A stretch of 64,000 bases of DNA, taken from assembly GCF_018977255.1 (NCBI RefSeq), contig NW_024704742.1, positions 41,852,001 to 41,916,000 of the forward strand, in the 5' to 3' direction. This stretch comes from Callorhinchus milii (taxonomy: Eukaryota). This document shows positions 12,228 through 25,479 of this stretch, piece after piece. The notes beneath the pieces were generated by a model. That model was not told where the DNA came from. It ran no database searches and worked only from the letters and a program-made list of their open reading frames with translations. Position 1 is the first letter of the stretch. Every line of letters begins with the position of its first letter. A program made the translations under genes and the position numbers.

Positions 12228-12445
12228 AGGCAGGCAGACATGACAGCCAATTTGTATACAACAATATCCCACAAACAGCCAAGGAGTGAATGATTATTTT
12301 TATCTGGGTAACTGTTGGCCAGAATGCTGGGACAAAGTCCCTTCTTTTTCAAATTGTGTATTAGATCTTTAACATTAACCTGAACAGGCAGATGGGACAT
12401 CGGTTAACGTTTCCTCCAAAGGACGAATTTTGACATCGCTAAATG
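12228..12445 (-). mobile_element. Deu-type SINE internal fragment
   Basis: GACAGCCAATTTGTATACAACAATATCCCACAAACAGCC...AGATCTTTAACATTAACCTGAACAGGCAGATGGGACATCGGTTAACG. Confidence 0.78.
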
Positions 12446-13934
12446 ACTGAGAACAATTTAATCAACACCATTGTTTTCCCATGTAGTCTCTCTGCATTGT
12501 GGCAGGTTTTGCAGCAAACACTTCAGTTGGCCCATTAGTTTCTCCTCTTTGCTTAAATCTGGTCAGGTCACACATTAACTGTGACTAAAGGCAGGAGTAG
12601 TCCTGCTCTGAGCGACACTGTTTTCTTTGGCTGCCAACCAGGAAATAGGCCAATGCTGATTCTTTCCCTCTCAGTTTATCTTCTACGCCAACCTCCCCCG
12701 GGAGAGGCATGTGTTTGGCTTCTGCTCACAGCTCTCCCTAAATAGCCCAGCTACGATCGGAAAACCAGAGTGAGATAAAACCTAAATCTCCCTTCTCCAC
12801 GCTATTACATAGTGCGTCTCCACCGTCCTGTAACATAACGGCGCCTAGTCCCACACTTCACTTAAAACACAAATGACTGGAAACTGTTAAATATAGAAAT
12901 ATACAAATAGTGGCATCTTAATGAGGACTTCAATCTTCACTGAAAAATGGCAAACGCTTCTTGTAAAATCCCTCAACCATGCACGATTGATATTCATTTG
13001 TTTGTACCGGTGTTATCATTAATAGAATTTGTCTGGATCAAACCAGAGTAAAATTTCTTTTCCACATAACAAATACACAATTCTTTCTTTGCTTACAATA
13101 GCCAGCATTATAATTTGAGCAGAAATATGATTTTTATCATCCCTAGCAATGGAAATTCGGTTAATGTGTTGCATGCTGCTGAGTAATTTACCAGTAAGTC
13201 TGAAAACGATTGTATCTCAACTTCAAAAAAGATAACGAAGGGTTTTGAAATATTTTGCCTGCATATGCAATGAAGCTAAAGGTAAACATCTGACATACCA
13301 TTCTATGTGGAAGGAGATGAAAATTCTGATAGAACACTTTGTGCTATAGTTCATGATGCTTTTTTTTATTCTGAATATCAGGGTTTATGTAGACAGTCTG
13401 TGGCTTAGTGTTTTTCAATTGACCACCCAGACAAGCTTTGAGATTAACGTCAGCATGTCTTTGTTTTATGGGAACCATTCTGCAAGCGAATACTGAGCAA
13501 TGTAAAATCCCACACAGCACAAGCAGTCGCAGAAACCTAGAAATTTACGGCACAGAAGGAGGCCATTCGGCCCATCGAATCACAATAAAATGTTTGATCT
13601 TCAGTTTACAATGGAACGTCCATTCTGCATGCAGTGGTTGGACATTAATTTTAAGCTTTACTCTGTCAACTTTTATTAAAAATGTTTAGGAACTGCGCAG
13701 GACTCAGGGTACAGACTCTACAAAACATGCTTTAGAATTACCAGCTGCAATATCCATTTCCAGTGTTCTCTTGTCATGGGCAGGTAAGTGCCATAAATCC
13801 AGGATCAATCAACCAAAGGGTCCTTGTGTATTCAAGTAGATTTAGGAGAAACTGGGCTTTTACAATGAAATACAAGCTGTGTCTTTCAGTGCAATTCCTT
13901 TTAAAAGCAATGTCTTTAAGATTGTCACCAAAAA

Positions 13935-14110
13935 TATTAGAGAAGAGGTGAGAAGAACTTTCTTCACTAAAATAATATTTGAAATGCCCACAAGTGGCTA
14001 TTGAGATTGGGATTAATAGAACAGTTCAAAAAGGAACAGGATGAGCAACTGAGTAGTCAAAGCATTAAGGGATATAGAGAGCGAGTGTTGGAAAATGGGA
14101 TTAATTCCTT
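13935..14110 (+). mobile_element. CR1 LINE 3' fragment, degraded
   Basis: GAGGTGAGAAGAACTTTCTTCACT...GTTCAAAAAGGAACAGGATGAG...GCATTAAGGGATATAGAGAGCGAGTGTTGGAAAATGGGATTA corresponds to the CR1 end RxxFFT...FKxxLD...KGYG. Confidence 0.65.
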
Positions 14111-14159
14111 TTCAGCACTAGTGTTGCTTTAGGGTAAAGCTGAGAACAATCAGGGCATT

Positions 14160-14460
14160 GTGCTCTCTATACTTCCGCTCAACTGGCTCCGGCCTCCTGC
14201 TTGTCCCTCGTGCCCTCTGTTTCACCATCGGTGGCTGCGCTTTCAGCCACTACTCCCCCGAAACTCTGGAACGCTCTTCTTCTATCCCTCGCCTTGCCCC
14301 CTACTTCGTCGTGTTCAGGTCACGCCTGAAGACCTTCATCTTCGACTGTGCCTACGGTCGCCTCCCCCCGGCTAGGTGTTCTGTTCTGCCGCTGTCAAGC
14401 ACTCTGGGACGTTGTTATCCAGTGTGAGGGGTACTATATGAATCCAAGTTATTGTTGTTA
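14160..14460 (+). mobile_element. L2 LINE 3' fragment (tail type B)
   Basis: Translation FRSTGSGLLLVPRALCFTIGGCAFSHYSP...FRSRLKTFIFDCAYG. Tail AGCACTCTGGGACGTTGTTATCCAGTGTGAGGGGTACTATATGAATCCAAGTTATTGTTG. Confidence 0.88.
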
Positions 14461-15082
14461 TATATACAGGGCATCTTCCATAGCACAAATGCAACAATTG
14501 TTTGAAAGTCAGGAATGGCAGGAGAAGATCCATACAGGATGGAGGAAGATTGATCACTTGTATGGGCAGGTTCAATATTCCTGTCAATCACCCTACAGAT
14601 AGGAAAACAGGACCGATCGCTAATGGAGGCAACCGCAAATATTGCTCTCTAGCACTGCTGCCTCTGGAACCTCTGAGGAAACAAGCTATTGATGTGCACC
14701 TCAGTACCTCCGGAGAAAGAGTGTAACCCCATTTATTGTGCAGTACTAAAGCTTTTGGTGAAACCAAACTGGCTGCTGATATGGCACATTCCACCCCATA
14801 GTGAGGTTTTCCACAACATTCATATTTTTATATCAAATAACTTTTCAATATCACTGACCGTAACGTCAAAACAGTCAGAACATGATGTGGGATACATTAC
14901 AAAGGTGCATGTGACACAGGCAAATACCATGTGCAGGAAGATCTCATTGAGAATATGTGAGAATGCCTTTAGACAAAATGCTCCAAAACAATGAAAAGCA
15001 TACAACAATATTTATAGCTATAAGTTTTCTGCTCCTATTGGAGTTTCATGAATGGTTACTGTTGAATCATATTGTGATCAAA

Positions 15083-15700
15083 TAACAATAACAACTTTCA
15101 TTCATATAGTGTCCTTCACTTAGGTTAATGTCTTGGAGCTCTGCACAGTTGCAAGGTTGGACGCTGAGCAAGAGAGAAGGTGGAGGGAAGTTGACCAAAG
15201 GCATGATCGAAGAGGAACAACAATAATAACAACAAAAATTATATTTGTAAAGCACCTTTCACGTTGGCAGGATGTCCCAAGGCGCTGGAAGGTTTTAAGG
15301 TAGGATTTAAAGACAGATAGAGAGTGGGAGGAGGCAAATAGACACAGACATGGAGTTCCAGAGGTGAAGAGTGTATTGACTGAAGGCTTGGTCACTTTTG
15401 TTGGTGTGAAAGGGATGATGGACCCATAGTAGGCCTGTGTTAGCTGACTGGAGGGAATAGGGGGCAAAGGAATGGAGTAGGAGCAGATGAGAGAGGTAGG
15501 GAGGTGTTAGGGTGTAAAGAGATTTATATATCAGAGTGAGGGCTGTGAAGCCAATCCATTCAGAGACAGGGAACCATGGAGCTTGGCAAGGATTAGAGTG
15601 ATGGACATGCGGAGTTTGAAGATACAGGTGGCAGAGTTTTGGATTTTTGGATGTGCAGGATCTATCTTGTGGATAGTGAAGCTAGGGAGATCAACAAGGA
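15083..15700 (-). mobile_element. Old L2 fragment with a type-A L2 tail (15217-15288) nested inside
   Basis: The host breaks at GCATGATCGAAGAGGA and resumes GAAGGTTTTAAGGTAGG. The insert is ACAACAAAAATTATATTTGTAAAGCACCTTTCACGTTGGCAGGATGTCCCAAGGCGCTG. The minus frame retains KIQNSA...LAKLH. Confidence 0.75.
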
Positions 15701-16947
15701 GGACAGAGAATGATGATAACCAGGAAATACTGTAGGAAGATGAAAACAAGATAGAATTGATAGAAACTCTTGTACTAAAAAGCTCCAAACAAGTCAGAAA
15801 TGTTACTCTACAATGTAAAATGTTAATCACTCACACCTTGTTCTCTTAATGCGCATTCAGATTTTACAAATTAAACAGTGTGAAAACCTATATAGGCAGT
15901 AAAACATATCCTCTTTGAAGAATGATGTTTGGATGAGGTACCACGACCACCATCCATTACCACAAACATTAAGCAGAACCAGAGAAGGAATATATATATA
16001 TATAAAAACTACAGTACTGAGCACAGGACCTACACACTCTATTTCCACCTTTTAGCAGCTTTCCACTGCAGAGTCAGAGCAAAGCCATCTCACAAGCCAT
16101 GAAGACGAACAAACAAGATTGAAATGACAGAATTTCCTATAAACACATTTAAATGAACTAATTATACATAAAACATGTTGTTTCTCAGCCACAGCAACTC
16201 CCATAAATTATGGGTTCACAAATCCTCTGAAATTAGAATCAGCTCTGAAGGAAAGCCACAGATATGTACTGAAGTCTGTCAGCATTGCTGTCCCAATGAT
16301 TAAGTACAGTCAGGCCATGGTATAACGCAGTGGTCAATAAAACCAGACCCCGCGTTATAACAGATAGTTTTATAGCTGGTTATAACCAGCAGTCAGCACT
16401 TCTGGGATGTCAGGTCGCTGAAGACTTCACTGCTGATGTCAATGAACAAAACAGCACACATACGTGCAGGAAGCTGGCAATCTCCCTTGCAATCATTTTC
16501 AGCGGTTGCTGGGGTTCCAGGAGACCTTCTGCACATACACATTAGCACATCCAGTATACCACAATTCCACAAAGCAATCAAGTTATAAGTGAACTCACAG
16601 TACTGTATAATGAAGGACAATAGAATGGATTCTGACTTTATTCAATAAAAGGATGTCATGTGGAGCAGACTGATTTGCCTCAATACTCTTAAGGGAAAGG
16701 TGGAGGTTTCATCTTCCAGCCACCTACATAGCTGATTCACCATTGTTCTTAAATGTGACAGAGTATTAATTTGCGGGTAATGATGTGACAAAAATTCAAA
16801 TGTTTCATAACTGATCAATGGCCCAAAATTCCAAGAACCAGATGTTAATAGAGCTCATATTAGTTTTAAGATTTTTTAAAGCATCGGTTCAGTGGTTCTC
16901 AAATTTTCTAGAGATGTAAATTTCCCTAAAGACGTCTAACACCAAGA

Positions 16948-17290
16948 ATAGCAATAAATTGCATTTATATAGCGTCTTTCATATCAGGAGGATGTCCCAA
17001 GGTCTTGGACAGTGAAGGCTTTGCACCTGAGCTGGGGGTTGGAGTCAAGAGGGGTGGAGGGCAAGAGGGTTGGAGATGGGAGGATGACCAAAGGCACAGT
17101 CATAGTGGAAGGTCTTGAGATGGGCCTTGAAGGAGGCAAGGGACAGGGTGAGATGAAGGGATGGAATAGAGTTCCAGGGACAGAAAGGCTGAAGGCCCAA
17201 AGGCCGATGGTGACCTGGGCAGCGTGGCAGACATTGAGCAGGCCAGTGCCTGCCAAGTGGAGGGAATGGTCTGGTTTGTAAGGTGACACT
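16948..17290 (-). mobile_element. L2 LINE 3' fragment (tail type A)
   Basis: Minus frames give PYKPDHSLHLAGTGLLNV and WNSIPSLHLTLSLASFKAHLKTFHYDCAFGH. The L2 tail lies at 16950-17010. Confidence 0.85.
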
Positions 17291-17516
17291 TACTAACAAA
17301 GGAAATGTGGCAGAGAATTCACCTTTGAGTACACAGTATATCCTGTGAAGCGCTTTGAGATATCCTGTCAACGTGAAAGGCACTACATCAAATGTAAGCA
17401 CAACCTGACCTGAGGAGATCTAGAAACAATCTTGTTGATGGGAACACTTCACCCAGAAGGGAGTGGACCTCTGGTGTAGGTTATCATGTGATACTGTTTG
17501 TACCAATGGGATCTAC

Positions 17517-17590
17517 TTATAATAATAATCCTTGCATTTGATATAGCGCCTTCTAGATGTCTCAAAGCACTTCACAGAATATACTGTATA
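17517..17590 (-). mobile_element. SINE 3' tail fragment
   Basis: AATAATAATCCTTGCATTTGATATAGCGCCTTCTAGATGTCTCAAAGCACTTCACAGAATATACTGTA. Confidence 0.82.
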
Positions 17591-18304
17591 TTGTACCCTC
17601 TCTTATTCAAGAAAAATTGAGAAGAATTCTTAAGGAAGAGGGAATCTACACACTGGTGGGAGCTTAATCTGCTTTATGATGTTACACTGATGTTACAGAG
17701 CAATTGTGCTTTTTCCTGAGCTCTCATGATAATCTTCAGTAGTAAGGGGAATTATTCAAGCAAATATCTTTTGCCATGAATGGGCTGTGTTTTTTTCTCT
17801 CTGCTTTTCACCTCCCCTCGAAGGGGGGTGATTATCTGTATCTGGAACAGAATGTTCTTGCCATTCTCAGCCACAGAGCCTGAAACTACTGAACAAGGTG
17901 ACAACACGCTGTTAATACTTGATCTCCATTTTAACCCTTTCGCGCCCCCCCCCCCCCCCCACTCCGCCTCCACCTCCCCACTCTCAGCTCAGGCTTTCAA
18001 TCAGTTATGTAAAGTGCTCTGAAACATCCCCATGACATGAAGGGAGCTATGTAAATGTAAATGGATTGCTCTCTGCAGAGATTGCTGAGAAGCAACTTAG
18101 TGTTTTAAAATGCAGCCCCCCCACCCACCACTCAACAAATTAAGTCCTCAAGCCTTGCATCATATTATAAGTAGTATTAAAATACTTCGAATTGTCCTTA
18201 TTAAATTTAGAAAAACTTTCAAATAAATGTAAAATTATTTAATCAGAAGAGGACATAATGTTCTGGATAAAACAGCCTGTGCAGAACTGAAAAATGTCAT
18301 TTTT

Positions 18305-18535
18305 ATATCTTTTGGATCTTCTCATACCCTATTCCTCTGCTCTCCCCCTCCGCTCAGCTAACTCGGGTTTGGTGTGTGTTCCCCATTCTCTCCTCACCAC
18401 CATTAGTGGCCGAGAAATCAGATTCTATACCCTTAACCTGTGTAACTCCCTCCTTCCACCCTCCCTCTCCACTTCCCCTCTTTATTTTTCTTTAAGTCCC
18501 ATGTTAAAACCTACCTCTTAGACTGTGCAAGCGGT
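18305..18535 (+). mobile_element. L2 LINE ORF2 C-terminal fragment, old
   Basis: Translation YLLDLLIPYSSALPLRSANSGLVCVPHSLLTTISGR...NLCNSL. Confidence 0.7.
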
Positions 18536-19134
18536 CTTGGTTGGATTATCACATCAGAAATGTGGGTAATTAATCTTGACATTAATAAATTGCTGAAAGG
18601 AACCAACAGCTTCTTGCTGTAACTAGTCCTGAAAGTCTCAAATATTAAGTCTTTCAAAATTTCAGGCAATATTGGTACCTTATAATTGTTTTGCAAGTCA
18701 TATTTGAAATGGCCAAAATATACTATTGAAGTCTTACATTGACACTGATAAAGCACACCCCTGCAAATTGATGGTGTAAAAACATCACAATACTGAGAAA
18801 TGGACATTACCACGTAAATCACATGAGCTCGCAAAACCTCTTTTATATTGCAAAACCACACTGTTTTATAATACAATCTCACAAATACATTTTTGTACAA
18901 GTTCTTTTACTTTATTCAATTCTTGATTAACCTGAACGTGCATCACTTAACCAGTTCCTGTTGCTCCTTTTCTACTCCTCTCTTTCTTGAGTTGAAGGTT
19001 CTATGAACAATGGTCCATCAACCCAAGTTATTAATAAACTGACCATATTTAAATCTTGGAAATTCAAATAGAATGATACTTATTTAAAATTCATATTTCG
19101 CTCTCCAAAACCTTTATATATCCAAAGAGGATTG

Positions 19135-19416
19135 TAATAATAATCCTTGCATTTGATATAGCGCTTGTCACATCTTCTAGACATCTCAAAGCGCTTCACA
19201 GAATATACTGTAAAGTGAATTGACTGTATATTTGTGAGCGAATCACGGCAGCCAATTGCACACAGTGTGTCCCACAAACAGTTGTGGATTGAAATGACCA
19301 ACTTATTGTTGTTTTTTTTTCTTGAGGAATTATTATCAGATGTGTGCCTAAGGTTTCGTGAATCCAGGTCTTTCGCTTGCGAGGCAATTGCTCTAACCAT
19401 TGAGCTGCAGAACTCC
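19135..19416 (-). mobile_element. tRNA-Ala-derived SINE (SINE2-1_CM-like), with B-box region deleted
   Basis: Complete tail TAATAATAATCCTTGCATTTGATATAGCGC, body as at 7646 and 37241, head ending CTCTAACCATTGAGCTGCAGAACTCC. Confidence 0.9.
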
Positions 19417-21527
19417 ACGCTTATCATTTCAAACGCCATAATTCTTGACCCACGGAAACGTCACAGAAATACCATTGTATTCCATCATTCAGCAACACCT
19501 CAATGTATTATATAAATGTCTAGAACATAGTGTATCTTCACTTTAAAGTTTAATATGTCATATTTACCAGATGCATTTTTTCAAGTAAGGACTTCAAAGT
19601 TATAATGCATACTTAATTGGAAAGTTTTGTTCCTCAAATTTTGGCTCCAGGTTCCACTCTTTATTAGATGCATAAATTTTGAGTGTGGTCTGTTGCATGC
19701 TGAGTATGAGTCTGAGATCCCTCCACTCTGACTTTGGCTTATGGCCCAGGCTGTATTGAGATCCTATACATTGTACAGAGACCCAGCAGCAAAGCTAACT
19801 GATGACCAGCTGATTGACATGAAAATACTGTTGAATGTTCCAAGGCACTTCAAAGAATCAAATGTGATTTATTACACCAAATTAGAATAGAAAACAAATT
19901 GTATTATTGGCACTGAATTCAATGGGTTGCAAAGTATGAAGCTGGAATTTGATAGTGCTTGCATGTTCCCAGATTCATTCTCAGATTTCCTCCATGATCA
20001 TTAATTCATTGCTAGTCAATGGAATTTTCCATACACATCGCTAAACACACTTGCATTTCAATTTTGATTACGAGATATACAGTGTTGGATACCTCCTGGT
20101 ACTGATATAACACACTATACTCTGAATCCATTTCTGCAACCAGCAACCATTTCCATCTTATAAACTTGAGTAGCACTGTGACATCCCCAAATGCAACCAT
20201 GATCAAGAATAGTTTTCCTGGTGGAATTGATCCATTGTTGTGACTAAGAAGTATCCTTTGTATATGATTTTCAGCTGCCTTCAAAAAGGAAAGCTGCTTG
20301 TCCTTATCCATCACAAGTTAGATTTTATCCTGCATTCTCCAGAGATATCAACATACCGTCTTCAATCATATTCTTCTAACTACACCATTTTATTTTGTCT
20401 CAGTCACTGTGGTTCTTCTGCTTTTGAAATATACTAGAAATGTGTATTCATTTTGAAGTAATATGATCAGCTTGCATTTTGTTCTATTTAGCAGTTAAAA
20501 ATTGGGGGATTCTTAAAATGTGCTAATACAATAGATAATTGTCAAGCTCTGTAAATGCATAAGGTTTAGATTTTAGTTCAGTTTCATTATTTTAAAATAT
20601 CAATGACACAGCGGTTTTCACCTACTTTTCACCTTCCTTTCTCTTTCCATCTCTCTCTCACTACATCAAGTGCACACATTTGTACACAGTTGGAAAGTTT
20701 CTTTCTTGGAGATTTTTTTTGGATACAGATCAGTAGTTTACAAAATGTTTAATGTTTCCCTCTTCCCCACTACACAAATGATTAGTGTTTATTTTGCATT
20801 AATCTGTCTGATGTTGTGCTGATTCAAATTGCGAAGGGCTTACTTAATTGAAGCTGGAATGTGCTACAAATATATTTGATACTTTTAAGGTTAAAAATAA
20901 AAGTGTGTTATTTATCAGAAATTGGATTTGAAACGTCATTCATTTCAGTGATGGGTTTACTTTTCTAAGTAAGGTCGAGGTTCTGAAATGTAGCGAACAC
21001 AGTTTTACAAATCATTTTGACACCCCTTGTACATTGCTAATTCGCATTTCAAGCACCCATTTTGATATAGAACATGTGTATGCAAGTTACTTTGTAAAAC
21101 TGAATATTGAAATGGGATTATTGGGGAATAGAGCTTCAGTGAACATCCATGTTCAATTAAATACTTGGTTGTCTACTGGTTTAGTTACATTGCTCCAATT
21201 CGCTTGTGCTGGATAACACAAGTTACCATAGAATACATAAACAATGCACATTAACACCATGTTTTTCATATCTAAGATGCACTTCTTTGACTGTGCTTTT
21301 GGTCATCTTTCTCTTCCCCACCCTTTTTGGCTCCCACCCTTTCTTTAAGGTGTCCTCCCGATGTGAGAGGTGCAAAATAAATGCAAATTGAATTGCGTTG
21401 TGGAAGAACGTCTTGAATCAGTTCACAAAATGAGAATAATTTGAAATGAAGTGAATTTCATAATGTAGGTGGAACTACACAGTGACTAATGTTCACCAGC
21501 AACATTAAGTGGGATTGTTTAACATTG

Positions 21528-22015
21528 ACCTGATACAAAAAGCAGACCTCAATTTAACAAACCATTTGAAAAGGCCCATGATGATCTCTAATAAATCATA
21601 CTTGCATTTAATATGTTAGAACATTTATCCACTCCATGACTGTGTGTGGGACATTGCTGTGTGCAAATTGGCTGCTGTGTTCCCTCACAAAATACACAGT
21701 CACACCATTTTACGATATATTCTATGAAATGCTTTGAATTGGCTTGGTGACAAGATATATCAAAAGCAAGGATTATTGTTTTTACTTTTCATTATTATTA
21801 CACAGATAAGTGAGTAGTCAAATCATTAGAATTTGTGCAGAAAAATCTGGATGAGAGAGGGATATAATACAGGAAGAACCAAAATTCCCTGCTCTTTGAG
21901 ACAATGACGAAAGGTCCCTTAGCATCCACCTGAAACACAAAGCATACCTCAATTTATCAAACCATTTGAAGAAGGACATGATGATGTTCAATAAATAATA
22001 CTTGCATTTAATATG
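21528..22015 (+). repeat. 88 bp direct repeat at exactly 400 bp spacing (21528-21615 and 21928-22015) flanking a plus-strand SINE 3' half (~21625-21780)
   Basis: Ungapped alignment by eye gives 76/88 identities. Confidence 0.85.
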
Positions 22016-22175
22016 ACAGCAAATACAAAATTGCTTCAAATTGCTTCAAAATAAGTTTACTTAAAATATATTGAATGATTTGATGTAAACATTAAATAAA
22101 GGTCATCTAGTTTGATTTAGTTTGGTTTTATACTAATGCAAAGAAAAGTTAATTAGTATGTGTTGTAGATTATTA

Positions 22176-22362
22176 CAGTGAAACTGTGATAACTTGTCAC
22201 CCACAGGGAAATTGTTCAAATGACTACTTATCGGCATTGACTAGTTATCCAAAGTACAGTATACCAAAAGTACAAAGAACTCGGAAGAACCAGGATATCG
22301 AATGAGCGACTAGTTATGTGGGGTTGACAGTTTATCCCGGGGCGAGTTACCAGAGTTCACTG
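22176..22362. mobile_element. Tc1/mariner superfamily (pogo/Tigger-like) MITE, 187 bp
   Basis: TA on both flanks (22174-5 and 22363-4). Imperfect TIRs CAGTGAAACTGTGATAACTTGTC and, reverse-complemented, CAGTGAACTCTGGTAACTCGCC. Internal GACTAGTTAT-like repeats. Confidence 0.8.
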
Positions 22363-22669
22363 TATTATAATCTAGCATATAGTAAAATATGATTTTACCA
22401 TTTCCTCACCTTTGTATGTTCCCAGCACAATGCACCATTCACAGCCCAAATGGGAGCACAAACCCACGGTCCTAACACCCTGACCCACTTGTAAGTAAAT
22501 ATCACACTGTACTGCAAGATGTCACTACTTTTATTTGTAAGTCATGAGTTTGAGTTATTACTTAAATGCCGTTTTGTCCAAATGGCTGAATTGACTTTAT
22601 GGAAAATTCAACTCTTTTTAGGATGGGAGAAGTAGCTTTCTTGGGCAAAACTAGTAATATTCACATCAG

Positions 22670-22950
22670 AACTTTAAGCTTATAATCTAGGCTGACACAT
22701 CAATACAGTGATGGGGGAGCAGAGCATTGTCGAAGGTGCTGTCCTTCGGATGAGATGTTGAACCTAGGTCCCGTCTGCTTGTTCAGTTAATTGTTAAAGA
22801 TCCTGTGGCATTATTCAAAAAGAGAAGGGGGGGTTCTCCAAGTGTCCTGGCCAACAATCTTCCAGGTAAAATTGGTCATTACCTTCATGGCTGTTTATGG
22901 GACATTGCTGTGCGTATATTGGATACATTCTACAGTAAAATCCTATGAAC
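22670..22950 (+). mobile_element. Deu-type SINE
   Basis: CTAGGCTGACAC...GCATTGTCGAAGGTGCTGTCCTTCGGATGAGATGTTGAACCTAGGTCCCGTCTGCTTGTTCAG...AAAGATCCTGTGGCATTATTC. Confidence 0.87.
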
Positions 22951-22984
22951 CACTCTTCAATGTTTACAAAGAAGATTACAAAGA

Positions 22985-23340
22985 ATGTAAAGTGCAGAAA
23001 CGGGTCACTTGGCCCAACTAGTCCATGCTGGTATTTATACTCCACACAATTCTTCACCCATTCCTTACTCCCTCCCATTCCCTTCTATTTCCCTCTTCCT
23101 CATGTGAAGGTCTTGTTTCCTCTTGAATCCAACTACATTATCTGATTCAACCACCACTTCAGACAGTGAGTTTCACAGTTTCACTATCCTCTCGGTGAAG
23201 TAGTTCTCCTAAATTCCCTTTTAAATCCCCTAGTCGCTATCTTATATTTGTCTCTCCTGGTTATAGACTTCCTAACCAGCGGAAACAGACTATTTATGTT
23301 AACCTTAAAACCCTTTTAGCATTTAAACACTTTCATTAGT
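22985..23340 (-). mobile_element. CR1 LINE 3' fragment
   Basis: GGTCACTTGGCCCAACTAGTCCATGCTGG...GACAGTGAGTTTCACAG...CTATCCTCTCGGTGAAG...TTCCTAACCAGCGGAAACAG is colinear with the CR1 3' end at 36052-36400. Confidence 0.75.
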
Positions 23341-25479
23341 TCAAATGCAAGGATTATTATTATTACTAAATTCCCAACTATGCGATAATGAATTCATATT
23401 CCAGTCTGCACTCAAGTTCAAAAAACAACAAATTACATTTGTATTGCACCTTTCACATTGGGAGGAAGACCCAAGGCACTGAAGTTTACAACCGGAGCTT
23501 CATACTGGATTGATTAATGTATCACTTGTTGGTGGTAGAATTCCATCTCAATGTTAGGCACCACTGGCAAGACCAGCCCTCCCTACAAAAATAACTCTAT
23601 CTACTAATCACACTGGCACAGATATGAAGCCCACAATTTAACTCTCCTGTGATCTAACATGTATTGTTCACTAAATCACAAGATCACAGTTTCGTTTGAA
23701 TGAAGAAGGCACTTCGACCTGACCCAATCTCATGCTTCGGTACACCCATCCTAGTGTTCGCTCATCGCAGCAGCAAACTGCTTTTTTTAAAATTAAGTCC
23801 AATGTCCTGGCCTTCCAGACAACCTGTTCCAGTCATTAATTACCCTCTGAGCAAAGAAATTGCCCTGTAGAATTCTAAGCCTGTGCCCTCTTATTCTACA
23901 GTCTTGGTGTATTGTATAGTATTGATCTGGGTTTAATTTTTCAGTCAACACAACTAAATGTTTCATTCAATATTTAGAATGGGATCTCCCACTGTAAGAG
24001 CAGTAGCCTAAACAGCAGTGAATTATGGAAAAGGAAGCATTTGTGACATGGCCAATGTGACCATTTCAAGCCTGCAACTTATCCAATCCTATGTCGCATA
24101 ACAGAGAAAAACAGAGATAAAAGATGGTCTGATCTATCATAGTGGCCAATAAGAATGGGCTTTCTTCCTCTGAGCCCTTGTGAAAACTGTAACGTTCCAC
24201 GCTATGAGGTTGTGTTTGTGTTGCTCCCAAAAGCAGTGCAATAGAAAATGTTATTGTGCGCTGGAGGAAAGATTGGGGAGTGGTGCACTGCAGAACAGAA
24301 CCCAAACTAAATGCTACAGGTGCAAATGAGTCATGTTGGCCAAGTCACAAAGAGTTTATTTTCCATAAATATTCTGCTCTGCTGACATGTGTATTGATTT
24401 TCACACATGCAAAAAAAAACTTTATTTTTTACATCAAATTCTGCCCTTTTGTTTCACTGTTGTGGCTGTCTGGGGTGTTCTTTTATTTATACCACATGCG
24501 ATGACACCTCCATGAAATACTTTTGTAGTTTACAGAGGCGACCTCAAAATTGAAAGCAGATGATGCTGTGAAATAAAGGGATTCACATTAATGCTATTGG
24601 AACCAGCCCACAATTATCACATCGGTAGAGCTTCATTTTGTTGTTTCCAATTAAAATACATGAAGAAGGAATGGGAACGGTGTATGGTACGTGATTTGTA
24701 AACTATTCTGAGCTGAATCTGCACTAAATTAGCCGATGTATTGCATCATGGGCCCTATAACATATCCTTCATGTACTTTCTACTTGGATGCTGTTGGCTT
24801 AATCATTGGTTCTATGATTTCTCCAGTTATTAGAACATTGGGGGCTTAGTCTGTTACCATGGCCCACTGTTTACATAGAGAATCGATGGAAACTGTAGAG
24901 GAATGAGATCCAGAAAGAGTCACAGAGACCAATGAGGAAAAAACAGATCAGAATGGACAGGAAAAGAGAGAAGTAAAATAGGAAGAGCAAGACAGATCAT
25001 TGGGGCGAAACATTCAAATGTGTTCAGCTTTGATTTAACAGACTGTAAAATTTGGGCAATGGTAAAGTTGAAAATCTGGCATAACACACTATTCAGTACA
25101 CCTGGGAACACAAATATATTCTCCCAATTAGATACAATTTTTTTTAGGTGTTTTCTTACTTTCAGTATTTCTAAGTCTCCAATGACTGGTGCGAGCGAGC
25201 AGGGCAAGTGGACAGCTGCTCGAAAGCAAACAAGTTGATTGGGAGAAGCCATTATGACATGGTGTAACTGTTCTTCCAAAAGCCATTTGACAAAGTACTA
25301 CATACCAGACTCCTTCACAACTTGATATCACTTGCACCCTCATTGTACACTGGCCAGTTCCTCTGATTAAAAAATGGCTGCTTCCAGGTCTTTGAGTTGC
25401 TCCTATCTCTCTCAAAATGGGAGATGACATCAACGGGGACCTGATGACCCAGAAGTCGATTTTTTTAGCCCCACGCCAG

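Noticed and set aside
16307..16607. Tigger-like MITE (TACAGTCAGGCC..GTATAACGC, CGCGTTATAAC, ...GTTATAAG...ACTGTA)
   Set aside because: The two ends match too poorly to call TIRs. It may be a very old relic, but I cannot support it.
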